A DNA stretch of 64,000 nucleotides, taken from contig CAXXTU010000002.1 in NCBI GenBank assembly GCA_963662655.2, positions 1,696,001 to 1,760,000 on the forward strand, in the 5' to 3' direction. This document shows positions 31,301-40,697 of this stretch, in pieces; the stretch's first letter is position 1, and every line of letters begins with the position of its first letter. The position numbers and the translations under genes were made by a program. The notes under the pieces were generated by a model that did not search any database, was not told the origin of the DNA, and saw only the letters and a list, made by a program, of their open reading frames with translations. This stretch comes from Candidatus Cloacimonadales bacterium (GTDB lineage: Bacteria; Cloacimonadota; Cloacimonadia; Cloacimonadales; JAIOQZ01).

Positions 31301-34300
31301 TTCCGCCCACTGCCTTGAAGACCGTCCCCGGGACAATGGTAAGCGTATCGCCGGAGTAAACGGTTATCGCACCGGTAATAATGTACGGGAAAGACGGAGC
31401 GGCTCCCGACCATGTGACGACATCGTCGGTAACGCCGTTGATACCGAAGCCGTTGTAACCGTTACCCGATCCGGTATTGCCTTCATACGAGTTGAGCAGG
31501 ATATTGTACAGATGTGCCCCGTAACCGACGTTGCCGTAAAACGTATTGTTGTTGATCGTCGCCAGCGTTGCCGTCCCGGTTCCCTTGATCCCATTTTCGA
31601 GATTGTCGGCAAGAACGCAATTGTGTATCTGCGCCGAGGAGTTGTAGAGGTAAATCCCATCTCTGGCACTTTTCTCGAAAGTGCAATTGGTGATCATCGA
31701 GCCGAAATCCGCATGAAGATAGAGGTTGGCATCGCTTGTTCCGGCCGAATTCCCGCCGTACCGGAAGATACAGTTTTCAAGCACAGCAAATCCATCGCTT
31801 TCGCTCCCCACGATCCAATAGCCAAACCAGTCGCCAGGCTGGGCGGGATCCGTGGAATCGTTCGTATCACCGCCGTATTCATCGTCTCGGAAGCTGGTGA
31901 ACACGATCGGATGCAGCGAATCCGCCACTGCGTTCAGGCACCCATTGATGTAGTGCTCCACGCCACTCGACTTCACAATGGAGCCTGGAGCCAGATCGAG
32001 CGTCATGCCCAGAGGAACCGTGACCGAGGCCGGATGAACAAACGGGAAATCCGCTGCGCCGGAAGCCCAGTACGACGACTCTCCCAGCGTTCCGTTCAGC
32101 GCGAAACCGTTGTAACGGTTACCCGTACCGCGATTGCCCGTGTATGAAATCAGCCGACAGCTGTTGAGGTAAATGCCGTAGCTTCCGTTATTGTCGCAAA
32201 CATTGTCTGTCAGGTGCGTAACCGTTGTCGTTCCGCTTGAATAAATGCCATTTAAGCTGTTGTTCGAGCACACGTTGTTTTCCAGCCACGTCACGTTCCC
32301 GAGATTATGAATTCCGTTCGATGAGCTGAATTCGATGATTGAATTCCGTACATAGCAGGAATCGCTGTTGGAAAATTTCAGATTGGCATCGGCAGTTCCG
32401 GCTGTGTTCCCGCCATAACGCACATAACACCACTCGTACCGTCCAATTCCCTGATTGTTGCTGGAACCGTCATGCAACACCCCATACCAGTTTCCCGCTG
32501 CCGGGGATGTCGTAGCGTTATCCGTATCCCCGGAAAACGTATCGTCGTATATCGAGGTGAATACAATCGGGTCCTCTTCCGTTGCGATCGCGTTAATTTC
32601 CCCGTACACAGACATCTGTCTAGAATCCTTGAACTTGAGCGTCGTGCCTGGGGAGATGTTCAGTACACTGTCCGCTTGCACGGTAATATTGGCATCAGCA
32701 ACATAAGGGAAGCTCGGGTGCGATTGCGTCCAGACTGAACCGTTCGCCACAATACCGCTTATACCGACACCATCGATGCCGTTGCCCGATCCGCTGTATC
32801 CCTCGAGAGAGTGCAGTAGAACATTGTTGAACAAAGCTCCATGCTGTCCGTTGTCATAGAACTCGCAACCGTAAACGTAAGGGTTTGTGTTGGTTCCGCT
32901 CAAGTATACACCGTTCAACAGGTTGCCACGGAAGACGCTGTTTTGTATATTGACGTCGCAACCAACTCCCCTGATACCTTGCGTAGAGCTGTATTCGATC
33001 CAGCCGTCGTTGAAATGGAAATCATCGCAGTAAAAAAGGTAAATATTCGCGTCCGGAATGCCACTGCTGTTACCGCCGTATCGGATCCGGCAGTAGTCGA
33101 AATGACCAATCCCCTGATTTTCGTTAACGCCATATACATAGATGCCTTGCCAATCTCCGGTTGAGGGATCGACTCGTGCCCCGTCCGTGTTACCGCCAAA
33201 GCTGTCGTCCCGGATGGACGTTATCACGACCGGTGAAACGGAGGTTCCATTGGCGTCCAGCGTGCCATAGCAAGTGAGAGAAGAATTCATTTCCGCTTTT
33301 ATAATGGTTCCCATCAGGAGCGTAAGACTTGCCCCCTGCTGGACCGTGTTGGAAGCATTTAAAATGAATGGAAACGACGCCTGCGGGTGCGACCACTCGA
33401 CATCGCCGAAGATATTGCCATACACGGCGAAACCGTTGTATTGATTACCGGTTCCCGTGTTACCGCTGTAATCCATCAAGTGGCAGCCATTCATGAATGC
33501 GGCATAGTTCTGATTATCGGTAAATGTACAGTTGGTTACGACAGGCTCGCTGTCGCTTCCGGTCACGTACAACCCGTTGTGGAGATTCCCGGTGAAATGG
33601 CTGTTCGTGATGATCGGAGCGCATTGGTTGGCTCTCAATCCCCGCATCGCGCTGTACTCGATGTGGCTGTTGTTGAAAATAGCGCTTGGGGAACTGCTGA
33701 AATAGAGGGCGCAGTCATAGGACGAACTCGTGTTTCCTGCATAACGGATTCTGCAATAATCGAATTCCCCGTTTCCGGGGGAGTCAACCGAACTATATGC
33801 ACATTGAATTCCCATCCAATCTCCGTGAGAGGGGCTTGTTGCGTCCTCGTTGTTGTTTGTGTCGCCGCCGTACGTATCGTCATGAATCGATGTGATGACG
33901 ACCGGCCGAGCGGAGGTTCCGTTGACATCGATACTCGAATAGATATTGAAGTTAGCGCCTCCGAGTCCCTTGATGACGGTTCCTTCATGTATCGTTAAGG
34001 GCTGCCCCTCAGAGAATATCAGGCCGCCATTGACGACAAACGGGAAATCTTCGTTGTCTTGAAGATGGCTCGCGCTGAACCCACCGGTCAGAACAATGCC
34101 GTTGATTCCGTTGTTGTCGCCGGAGTTCTGGATAACGGAATTGTATCCGATCTGGCTTCCCGTTGTTATATAAGCCGCATAGCTTCCGTTGTTCTCGAAA
34201 GTGTTGTCAATAACCGTGACAACCGCGTTCTGGTTGATGTAAAGTCCATACTGTCCGTTATCGGAAAACGAACAATGCTGAATATCGGGAGAGCACTGAT

Positions 34301-34796
34301 AGGTCTGCAAACCGTGGTTCTGACTGAGACCAATGGTGCAGTAGTAGAATGTACACCAGTCCCCCGCAACCCGGATGTTGGAATCGTAAACGCTCAGGGT
34401 GTTTCCTCCGTAGCGCACAATCGCATAGTTCATCGTGCAGGTACCGTCGATATTGATGCCATACCAGTCACCCGGCTGGGGATCGCCGCTCGAATCGCCG
34501 ATACTCTGGCCAACGGAGTCGTCGTTCTTCGAGGTTATGTAAACGGGACTCATGGACGTTCCCTGTGCGACAATGTCTCCGTAGCAATTCAAAACGGTGC
34601 TGCCGTTGAACTTGACAACCGCCCCGGCAGCAATGGTCAGCGTTGAGCCCTCGTTGACTGTCGCGTTGGATGTAACATACCACGTGTTACCGCCCGTAAG
34701 CGTCATTCCTGAAATATCGCCCGAAAGAACGCTGTATGATAATAGCGCACCGGGCAATAGCAAAGCAAGGAAAAGAATCATCGGAATTATCTTCAT
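28341..34796 (-). CDS. Large secreted parallel beta-helix repeat protein (putative surface protein/adhesin)
   Basis: Signal peptide; nine modules of about 220 aa with VFTSxxDDxxGGDTN...GDWxGI; N-G-rich coils; FN3-like C-terminal segment. Confidence 0.85.
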   Translation of the reverse strand: MKIIPMILFLALLLPGALLSYSVLSGDISGMTLTGGNTWYVTSNATVNEGSTLTIAAGAVVKFNGSTVLNCYGDIVAQGTSMSPVYITSKNDDSVGQSIGDSSGDPQPGDWYGINIDGTCTMNYAIVRYGGNTLSVYDSNIRVAGDWCTFYYCTIGLSQNHGLQTYQCSPDIQHCSFSDNGQYGLYINQNAVVTVIDNTFENNGSYAAYITTGSQIGYNSVIQNSGDNNGINGIVLTGGFSASHLQDNEDFPFVVNGGLIFSEGQPLTIHEGTVIKGLGGANFNIYSSIDVNGTSARPVVITSIHDDTYGGDTNNNEDATSPSHGDWMGIQCAYSSVDSPGNGEFDYCRIRYAGNTSSSYDCALYFSSSPSAIFNNSHIEYSAMRGLRANQCAPIITNSHFTGNLHNGLYVTGSDSEPVVTNCTFTDNQNYAAFMNGCHLMDYSGNTGTGNQYNGFAVYGNIFGDVEWSHPQASFPFILNASNTVQQGASLTLLMGTIIKAEMNSSLTCYGTLDANGTSVSPVVITSIRDDSFGGNTDGARVDPSTGDWQGIYVYGVNENQGIGHFDYCRIRYGGNSSGIPDANIYLFYCDDFHFNDGWIEYSSTQGIRGVGCDVNIQNSVFRGNLLNGVYLSGTNTNPYVYGCEFYDNGQHGALFNNVLLHSLEGYSGSGNGIDGVGISGIVANGSVWTQSHPSFPYVADANITVQADSVLNISPGTTLKFKDSRQMSVYGEINAIATEEDPIVFTSIYDDTFSGDTDNATTSPAAGNWYGVLHDGSSNNQGIGRYEWCYVRYGGNTAGTADANLKFSNSDSCYVRNSIIEFSSSNGIHNLGNVTWLENNVCSNNSLNGIYSSGTTTVTHLTDNVCDNNGSYGIYLNSCRLISYTGNRGTGNRYNGFALNGTLGESSYWASGAADFPFVHPASVTVPLGMTLDLAPGSIVKSSGVEHYINGCLNAVADSLHPIVFTSFRDDEYGGDTNDSTDPAQPGDWFGYWIVGSESDGFAVLENCIFRYGGNSAGTSDANLYLHADFGSMITNCTFEKSARDGIYLYNSSAQIHNCVLADNLENGIKGTGTATLATINNNTFYGNVGYGAHLYNILLNSYEGNTGSGNGYNGFGINGVTDDVVTWSGAAPSFPYIITGAITVYSGDTLTIVPGTVFKAVGGSAVYIEGTMNAESTARDQIVFTSLKDDSIGGDTNSDSTSTTPQPGDWHGIRHTNDSWGKYDHVSIRYGGDTSNFDANLYFNNSHGWFRNSECNFSHVYGIRIYNCSVEISGSQFNNNLSSGIYANSAASMPTIDACTFNDNGFFGVYLSGCTLCSYSDNSGSGNVYNGFGLGGTVTADAVWSHNTDPNFPFIMYEAITVNDDVVLTLSAGTTIKSGWQRRMTVFGTLDANGTSESPVVFTSIKDDARSGDTDGDNGDAVPGDWDAIYIYGSSDNDGVGQFDNCIFAYGGNLNGLDASLRFYEAESSWFSNSLCEYSAQHGIHIQYSSPEIVNSVFSHNVLNGIYGQTTTSNPVINNNVFTSNGSYGVLLEDTIISSYSGNAGSDNGYNGFGVRGTVSGNAVWECGSSTFPFILSGTVFVQSGASLEFLPGVRVKGQPSSLLNVQGSLIASGNYGNEIYITSIKDDEIGGDTNHDLDASEPAGGDWYGIQINGTGTNEGIGQFDHCRILYGGNSNSIDANLKFLSADESCRFSNSESSFSQREGIRIESSSPEFTESTFEGNAFSGILIYGSTSAPVIQNNSFIDNGEYGLRYIEGILQSMNGNTGSGNQINGMFLRCNVDSDVTIDSEDGFPFIPGNALNVLDTGVLNIEPGSVFKNSADGYLYVTGTLNVAGTAIEPVVMTSLKDDSIYGDTNSDGTASSPSVGDWYGIRVSGSGALIGEASMENLYVCYAGNTNGIDSGIQLIDTGACMLDGCLIEYSAQYGVDINNSNPMVRNSIVRYNQSYGVLIQGNCQPNLGNQNVEDIGNNHIHDNDGGVWQVANYSAYDINAFYNVWDYPDSLTIDSHIFDDENNGSYGAVLFDPWQSGALAAPQNLAIEYSEGAFHLTWNAVPGASSYKIFTSSDPYVGDWGSPAAIIAGTAWDLPVTQSRQYFHVVASTDEVRWALPVMTSVNHGIMEEVNRVEVQTESVQPQRKADTSRKNTRKK

Positions 34797-35069
34797 CAGA
34801 ACCTCCTGACAGGTTGTTCAATTCATTTGTATCACGTATTTTCGAGAATATATTGTTGTACTTGAAAAGTAAACATGTCAAGTAAAACGCAATTTAAAAA
34901 TACATTAATCGAGCAAATGTGTTGAGGCAACTATTAATTTCGCGAAGGAATCGAGGGTAAAAGATAATCCTTGCCAAAAAAAACGGGATGCAGGTTTTCT
35001 CGACGAGAATATTGTCATGTGACGATTTCAGAGTAAATTGAGCAATAAAATGTTATTTGGAGGTTTGAA

Positions 35070-35294
35070 ATGGATAGAGAATCCGTCGAAATGGTACTCG
35101 ATAAAGTACGTCCGGCCATCCAGGCTGACGGTGGCGATGTTGAATTGATCAATATCCGCGCGGATAACGTGATTGAAGTACGCCTCAAAGGCGCATGCGG
35201 AAGCTGCCCGATGGCGACTCTCACTCTCAAGGCCGGTATTGAACGCGTCCTGAAGGAAGAAATTCCTGAAGTGAAAGAAGTTATCTCCGTATAA
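35070..35294 (+). CDS. NifU C-terminal domain (Nfu-type) Fe-S carrier
   Basis: VRPAIQADGGDVEL, LKGACGSCP; GGAGG RBS. Confidence 0.93.
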   Translation: MDRESVEMVLDKVRPAIQADGGDVELINIRADNVIEVRLKGACGSCPMATLTLKAGIERVLKEEIPEVKEVISV

Positions 35295-35312
35295 TCGACA
35301 TTGAAATAGCTT

Positions 35313-35338
35313 AAGAGAGGCTATGCCTCTCTTTTTTT
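35313..35338 (+). terminator. Intrinsic terminator
   Basis: AAGAGAGGC-TAT-GCCTCTCTT followed by a T tract. Confidence 0.85.
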
Positions 35339-35477
35339 CTATCTGATACACTTTCCGTTTTACATGCCATGACACGGAATATGAAAAGATGCGGAAGTTG
35401 TTCTTTGAGGTGATTTTTCATTTGAAATGGCAGAATAGCACATGGCATTTCAAACGAAAAACCGCATGAGAAGAAAT

Positions 35478-37376
35478 ATGAAAAACGTTTTGCGAATTTA
35501 CAAGATAGCGAGCCGGTATTGGGAGTTTCTGGTCGGTGGCGTGATAACCATGATCCTCTACGCGATGTTCAGCGGTGTCAGCGTGACCATGGCCATTCCC
35601 CTGTTCGATTATGTCTTTGCAGTTGATAAAACCAATGTTGTATACTCCGATGTTTCGTCCTTGTTGAACGCATTGATGGAGCAGATCAGGTTGTTTAACG
35701 AGGCGAATCCGAGTATCGGAACGTGGACCGATATGGCCGAGCTAAAGCCGCTGTTTGCCAATTTACAGGAGATCATGGCGGTATCGGATTCCTATGTGCT
35801 GCTCCAGATTATCGCTGTCGCCACGGTTTCCCTCTATTTTCTTCGCAGTCTGTTTTTCTTTTTGAACAAAGTCATGTTCGTGAATCTTCGCGGGAAAACC
35901 ATCCGCGACCTGCGTAACATGATGATGGAATCGTATCTCCGGCAGAGCATCGCTTTTTTCGGAAAAAATCGCTCCGGTGACTCACTTGTTCGCATGGTGA
36001 ACGATGGCGAGATTGTGAGCCGGCAGTTCCTCGATCAGATATTCAACATCCTCCGGAACGCGATAACCGTATTGATTTTCTTACGTATCGCGCTTTTCCT
36101 CAATGCGAAACTCTTCTTGATCAGCATCGTGATCCTGCCGGTATTCTCAGGCTCACTCAACTACCTCGGCAACAAGATACGCAAGTACGCCAAGCGTGTA
36201 CAGAAACAGTTTTCCAATATGTTCTCGGCGATCGAAGAGATCATGCGAAACATGAAGATCGTCAAGGCTTATGCCCGTGAAGAATATGAATACAAGCGCG
36301 TGAAGGATATCAACAAGAAGCATTTCAAGTACTGGCGGAAATCGGAAGTCTACAACTCGATGGGCATGCCTTTCTCGGAGATCAATAGCGCGATAACCGG
36401 AATGATCGTGCTGCTGATTGGCGGAAGAATGGTTCTCAGCGGAGACGGCAGTTTCACGTTCGGTGATTTCTCGGCCTTCCTTTTCGCCATATTCTCCATG
36501 CTGCATCCCGTGAAGGAGATCGCCAAGGCTTACATGGAAATCCGCAGAGCCGCGGTTTCCCTGGAACGCGTTTCCTACGTCCTCGACCTCGATCCGGAAA
36601 TCATTGACGATCCTAACGCCATTCACAAGACCTCATTCGATGGCAGCATCAAGCTCGAGAATGTCCGTTTCAGCTACGATGAATCCAAGGAGATTTTGAG
36701 CGACATCAACCTGACAATCAAGAAGGGCGAGAAGGTGGCGCTTGTCGGTTCGAGCGGATCGGGCAAGACCACGCTTGTCAACCTGCTGTGCAGGATGTAC
36801 GATGCTTCTTCGGGCGTGATCCTGGTTGACGGTACGCCGATCAAGAAGATCAAGCTGACGGATCTGAAGCGTCTCTTCGGGTACGTTACGCAGAATTCGA
36901 TCCTTTTCTCCGATACTGTCGAATACAATATCCGATACGGCTCGCTGGAGGAAGTCTCGATGGAGCAGGTGGAAAAAGCCAGCAGGATCGCCCATGCGGA
37001 GGAGTTTATCGTTCAGATGGACAAGGGGTACGAGACGCTTCTCAACGCGGGAGGTTCCAACCTCTCCGGCGGACAGCAGCAACGGCTTTGCATCGCCCGA
37101 TCGATCGTCGGCGATCCTCCGATCCTGATATTCGATGAAGCGACCAGCGCGCTCGATACGGAATCCGAACGTAAGGTTCAAGAGGCCATGGACAACGCCA
37201 CGCGCAACCGCACCGTGATCATGATCGCCCACCGGCTTTCAACCGTTCTCGCGTCCGACCGTATTTACGTGATGGACAAGGGCAAGATCGTTGGGGCGGG
37301 AACGCACGGCGAGCTTCTCGAAACCTGCCCACGCTACAAGACACTGTACGACATGCAGTTCGCGGATCAGCGATAA
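35478..37376 (+). CDS. MsbA-like ABC exporter (fused permease and ATPase)
   Basis: N-terminal TM domain; GSSGSGKT, LSGGQQQR, DEATSALD, IAHRLST. Start could be 35442, 35466 or 35478. Confidence 0.9.
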   Translation: MKNVLRIYKIASRYWEFLVGGVITMILYAMFSGVSVTMAIPLFDYVFAVDKTNVVYSDVSSLLNALMEQIRLFNEANPSIGTWTDMAELKPLFANLQEIMAVSDSYVLLQIIAVATVSLYFLRSLFFFLNKVMFVNLRGKTIRDLRNMMMESYLRQSIAFFGKNRSGDSLVRMVNDGEIVSRQFLDQIFNILRNAITVLIFLRIALFLNAKLFLISIVILPVFSGSLNYLGNKIRKYAKRVQKQFSNMFSAIEEIMRNMKIVKAYAREEYEYKRVKDINKKHFKYWRKSEVYNSMGMPFSEINSAITGMIVLLIGGRMVLSGDGSFTFGDFSAFLFAIFSMLHPVKEIAKAYMEIRRAAVSLERVSYVLDLDPEIIDDPNAIHKTSFDGSIKLENVRFSYDESKEILSDINLTIKKGEKVALVGSSGSGKTTLVNLLCRMYDASSGVILVDGTPIKKIKLTDLKRLFGYVTQNSILFSDTVEYNIRYGSLEEVSMEQVEKASRIAHAEEFIVQMDKGYETLLNAGGSNLSGGQQQRLCIARSIVGDPPILIFDEATSALDTESERKVQEAMDNATRNRTVIMIAHRLSTVLASDRIYVMDKGKIVGAGTHGELLETCPRYKTLYDMQFADQR

Positions 37377-37413
37377 AGCTTCCCGGATTTCTTCTCATTG
37401 GACCGGGTCGGCA

Positions 37414-37498
37414 ATCCGATGCACCTTCGCCCGATCGCACCACTCCGTCGTGGATATAACACGCCTGCGCGCCGGATCGAACGAATCTGCTATCGGAT
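37414..37498. repeat. Dispersed structured hairpin element, copy 2 (short, inner stem missing)
   Basis: ATCCGAT-GCACCTTCGCCCGATC...GATATAACAC...GATCGAACGAATCTGC-T-ATCGGAT. Confidence 0.85.
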
Positions 37499-37587
37499 GG
37501 CTTAGGCTTTTCTACCCAACTCAGCTAAACATTCTGTAACCCATCATTACAAAGCTTAATTTATAAATGAAATTTAATTTAATATTC

Positions 37588-37615
37588 TTGACATAGCGCT
37601 CCTTTTTCGTACATT
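37588..37615 (+). promoter_or_regulatory. Putative sigma70 promoter of the terS-terL-portal module
   Basis: TTGACA-N16-TACATT preceded by an AT-rich UP-like tract; GGAGG RBS at 37623. Confidence 0.65.
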
Positions 37616-37633
37616 CATACGCGGAGGGTGTAT

Positions 37634-38056
37634 ATGTCAGAAAAGAAAGCAGTCGAATTCGATCCCAATCTTCATCCGCATCTGGTGTATCTATATCGCG
37701 ACCGCGGGTACACGCAGAAGAAGATCGCTGAAGCTCTTGAGATCAGTGTTGGGCAATTGATGAGCTGGATCAGGATGTATCCTCGGGTCAAGCAGGCTTA
37801 TCAGATTGTTCCGGAGAAAATGGACATCGTCATCGAGGAAGCGCTCAAGAAGATGATGGATGGCTACGAGAAGAAAGAAACCATCGAGACGTACAAGACG
37901 AACAAGGAGGGTCAGGAGGAGCTTGTGGAGCGCAAGGTCACGACAAAGCACGTCGATGGTAACCCAACTGCGCTGAAGATATGGGTGGAACGCTTCCTCA
38001 AGGACAACGACGAGGACTTCGGCGAGGACTACGAAGAGGCGGAGTTTTCCGAGTGA
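37634..38056 (+). CDS. Putative terminase small subunit (N-terminal HTH)
   Basis: HTH GYTQKKIAEALEISVGQLMSW; GYEKKE...VTTKHV..NPTALKIW pattern; GTGA overlap with terL. Confidence 0.7.
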   Translation: MSEKKAVEFDPNLHPHLVYLYRDRGYTQKKIAEALEISVGQLMSWIRMYPRVKQAYQIVPEKMDIVIEEALKKMMDGYEKKETIETYKTNKEGQEELVERKVTTKHVDGNPTALKIWVERFLKDNDEDFGEDYEEAEFSE

Positions 38057-39288
38057 ACCTGAGGCTCCGGCGCAAGGATTTCCTCCCCCACCAGTGGGAA
38101 TTCCTGACCAGCGAGAATCCGATCAAGGCGCTGGTTTCCGGATTCGGCGGCGGCAAGACGCATGTGTTCTTGCGGGAAACGCTGTTGAACCACCTCTTCA
38201 TGAGAAACCGCAGGGGAAAATCCAACGGCTGGATTGTGTATCCCACCTACGCATTGGCAGAAGAGCTGTTCTGCGAACCATTCCAGGAGCTGCTTCGCAA
38301 GTACCGTATCCGCTTTGATTATAAGGCAACTCGACTTCGCTTCGAGAGCAAGTACGGCGTGATCCGCGTCTACCAATTGCAAACACCTGCGCGCATGGTG
38401 GGGAGCGAACTGACCTACATCGGTTTCGACGAGTTCGACATCGGTAGCTACAAGAATTGCGAAATCGCCTATCAGAAGGCGATCGGGCGACTCAGAGGCT
38501 GCGAGAACGCCAGGCTGTACATTGTAACAACGCCGGAAGGCTTCCATTATACCTACAAACTCTTCAAAGAGGAAGGGGCGGCCAAACATCTCATACAAGC
38601 AAAGACAACTGATAATCCCCACCTTCCGGCGAGTTACATCCACTACCTGAGAAGCCAGTACGACGAGAACCTCCTCAGGCGCTACATGAACGGGGAGTTC
38701 GTCAACCTGAACACCGCGCAGGCGTACTACAACTTCGAGCGTGAGCGGCACGTGAAAGAGGTCGAATGCACGTACGCGCCGGAATACTACGTCGGCATGG
38801 ATTTCAACATCGACCCGATGACGGCGGTGGTCGGCGTGTTCCGCGACGACAGGTATGAGGTATTGAACGAGTTCTGGCTCAAGAACAGCAACACCGAACG
38901 CATGTGCAAGGTTATATCGCAGGACTTTGATCCGAACCGGATCGTCGTGTACCCGGACATGACGGGCATCAAGCGTTCCACCAGCGCCGCGGTGGGACTC
39001 ACGGACATCAAGATTCTCAAATCGAACGGATTCCGCGTCAAAGCGACACGCAACCCGCTGGTGAGAGACCGCATCAACGCGGTCAACAACGCGCTCGCGA
39101 AAGGCAAGCTCCTGATCCATCCGCGATGCAGGCACCTCATCCGCGACCTCGAGCAGGTCAGTCGCGACAAGCACGGCGAGCTGGACAAGTCCAGCCCCGA
39201 TTTGACCCACATATCCGACGCGATGGGATATGCGGTCTGGAACCTGTTTCCCATCGTCAGTCAACCCGACTGGCGGACATCAGCATAA
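38053..39288 (+). CDS. Phage terminase large subunit
   Basis: Q-motif LPHQ, Walker A GFGGGKT, Walker B IGFDE, motif III TTPEG; nuclease GMDFN...HISDAMGY. Confidence 0.92.
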   Translation: MNLRLRRKDFLPHQWEFLTSENPIKALVSGFGGGKTHVFLRETLLNHLFMRNRRGKSNGWIVYPTYALAEELFCEPFQELLRKYRIRFDYKATRLRFESKYGVIRVYQLQTPARMVGSELTYIGFDEFDIGSYKNCEIAYQKAIGRLRGCENARLYIVTTPEGFHYTYKLFKEEGAAKHLIQAKTTDNPHLPASYIHYLRSQYDENLLRRYMNGEFVNLNTAQAYYNFERERHVKEVECTYAPEYYVGMDFNIDPMTAVVGVFRDDRYEVLNEFWLKNSNTERMCKVISQDFDPNRIVVYPDMTGIKRSTSAAVGLTDIKILKSNGFRVKATRNPLVRDRINAVNNALAKGKLLIHPRCRHLIRDLEQVSRDKHGELDKSSPDLTHISDAMGYAVWNLFPIVSQPDWRTSA

Positions 39289-39306
39289 CAAAAAGGAGAG
39301 GCATGA

Positions 39307-40683
39307 ATGGAAACGATGATCAGAAACATGCAACAGGCTTCGCGCTGGAACGAAGACATCCAGCGCAGGCTGCGCACGAGAAAGTACCTGGATTATTACC
39401 GCAACCGGTGCAAGGAATACATCGCGGAGCGGATCGACAGCATGGTCGATGGCGAAGAGGCGAAGGAGCTCAAGAAGTACATCGAGCACGACAACATCAC
39501 CGAGCGTTTCGTCGATGAGATCAGCCTGGTCTTCGCCGAGAAGGTGAAAATCACCGCGAGGCGAAGAAAGCCGGACGGCTCGCTCGTCGAAGACGCGGAA
39601 GCCCAGAAGGAGATCGAGCGGCTGCTGCGGCAGACCCGGTTCCAGGTCACAATGAAAGAGGTTGAACGCCTCACCAAGCTCATCTTCGACGTCGCCGTAC
39701 TGCCGCAGGTTCGCGACGGCAAGGTAGAGCTGGATATCATTACCGGGGACAAGGCGTTCGTAATCCAGCAGATCAAGAACACGGTCAAGGCCGAGCAGTT
39801 CTATTATCAGGTCGGACTCAGGGAAAATACCGCGCTCGCGGAACGCGTAGATATCTTCCACTTCTGGACGGCTGATGGACGCAAATACCAGTGCGAGATC
39901 ATGGCCAACGGTCAGCCGGACCCGCAGAGCGTCACCCATCTCAACCACATTGCGTATCCGAACATGCCGGTCGTCATGTTCCGCAACTATCTCCCCATCG
40001 ATACCTTCTGGTTCGACGGCGAAAACGCCATCGTTGAGAAGAATATCGCCATCGATCTCAAACGCACCGACCTCGCCATGGCCGAGGCCTACAACATACC
40101 GCAGCTCTTCACAACAGGCACGCGCGAGAATCAGGACATGAAAAAGGGCCGCACCTTCAAGATCGATATCCCACGCAACGACATGGGAGAAGCCGTAGGA
40201 GATGCCAAGTATCTCTCTCCCAACGAACCGCTGAAGGAACTGAACGAGATGATTAACAGCCGCATCGAGCAACTCGGGCTTTCAAAGGGTCTCTCCAAAT
40301 CGCTGATAAGCGGGACGACGGTTTCCTCCGGCTACGCGCTTGCGCTGTCGAAATACGAGATCGTCGAGAGAAACCGCAGACAGCGCGACTATTACTACGA
40401 TTCCGTTCTGGAACTGGTCGAAAACATGATCATTACCGCGAATCGGGGACTTGGGTGGGAAATCCCGGAAGACCTGGTTCTCGGAGTCGATTTCGGGGAA
40501 ATCCGCTTCGGCGTTTCGGATCAGGAGAAGGAAGAAATCCGTCAGATGAAGCTTCAAAACGGCACGATCTCGCGCATCGATATCATGCTGGAAGACAATC
40601 CCGAACTGGATCGCGATATGGCGATCGAACAAGCGACACGCATCGATTCCGAAAACCTGCGATTCGCACAGACAGCTTCGTAA
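39307..40683 (+). CDS. Putative phage portal protein (SPP1 gp6-like)
   Basis: 458 aa directly after terL; YLDYY, NITERFVD, PVVMF, SGYAL, GTISR motifs typical of SPP1-type portals. Confidence 0.7.
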   Translation: METMIRNMQQASRWNEDIQRRLRTRKYLDYYRNRCKEYIAERIDSMVDGEEAKELKKYIEHDNITERFVDEISLVFAEKVKITARRRKPDGSLVEDAEAQKEIERLLRQTRFQVTMKEVERLTKLIFDVAVLPQVRDGKVELDIITGDKAFVIQQIKNTVKAEQFYYQVGLRENTALAERVDIFHFWTADGRKYQCEIMANGQPDPQSVTHLNHIAYPNMPVVMFRNYLPIDTFWFDGENAIVEKNIAIDLKRTDLAMAEAYNIPQLFTTGTRENQDMKKGRTFKIDIPRNDMGEAVGDAKYLSPNEPLKELNEMINSRIEQLGLSKGLSKSLISGTTVSSGYALALSKYEIVERNRRQRDYYYDSVLELVENMIITANRGLGWEIPEDLVLGVDFGEIRFGVSDQEKEEIRQMKLQNGTISRIDIMLEDNPELDRDMAIEQATRIDSENLRFAQTAS

Positions 40684-40697
40684 CAATAGCAATCTCA

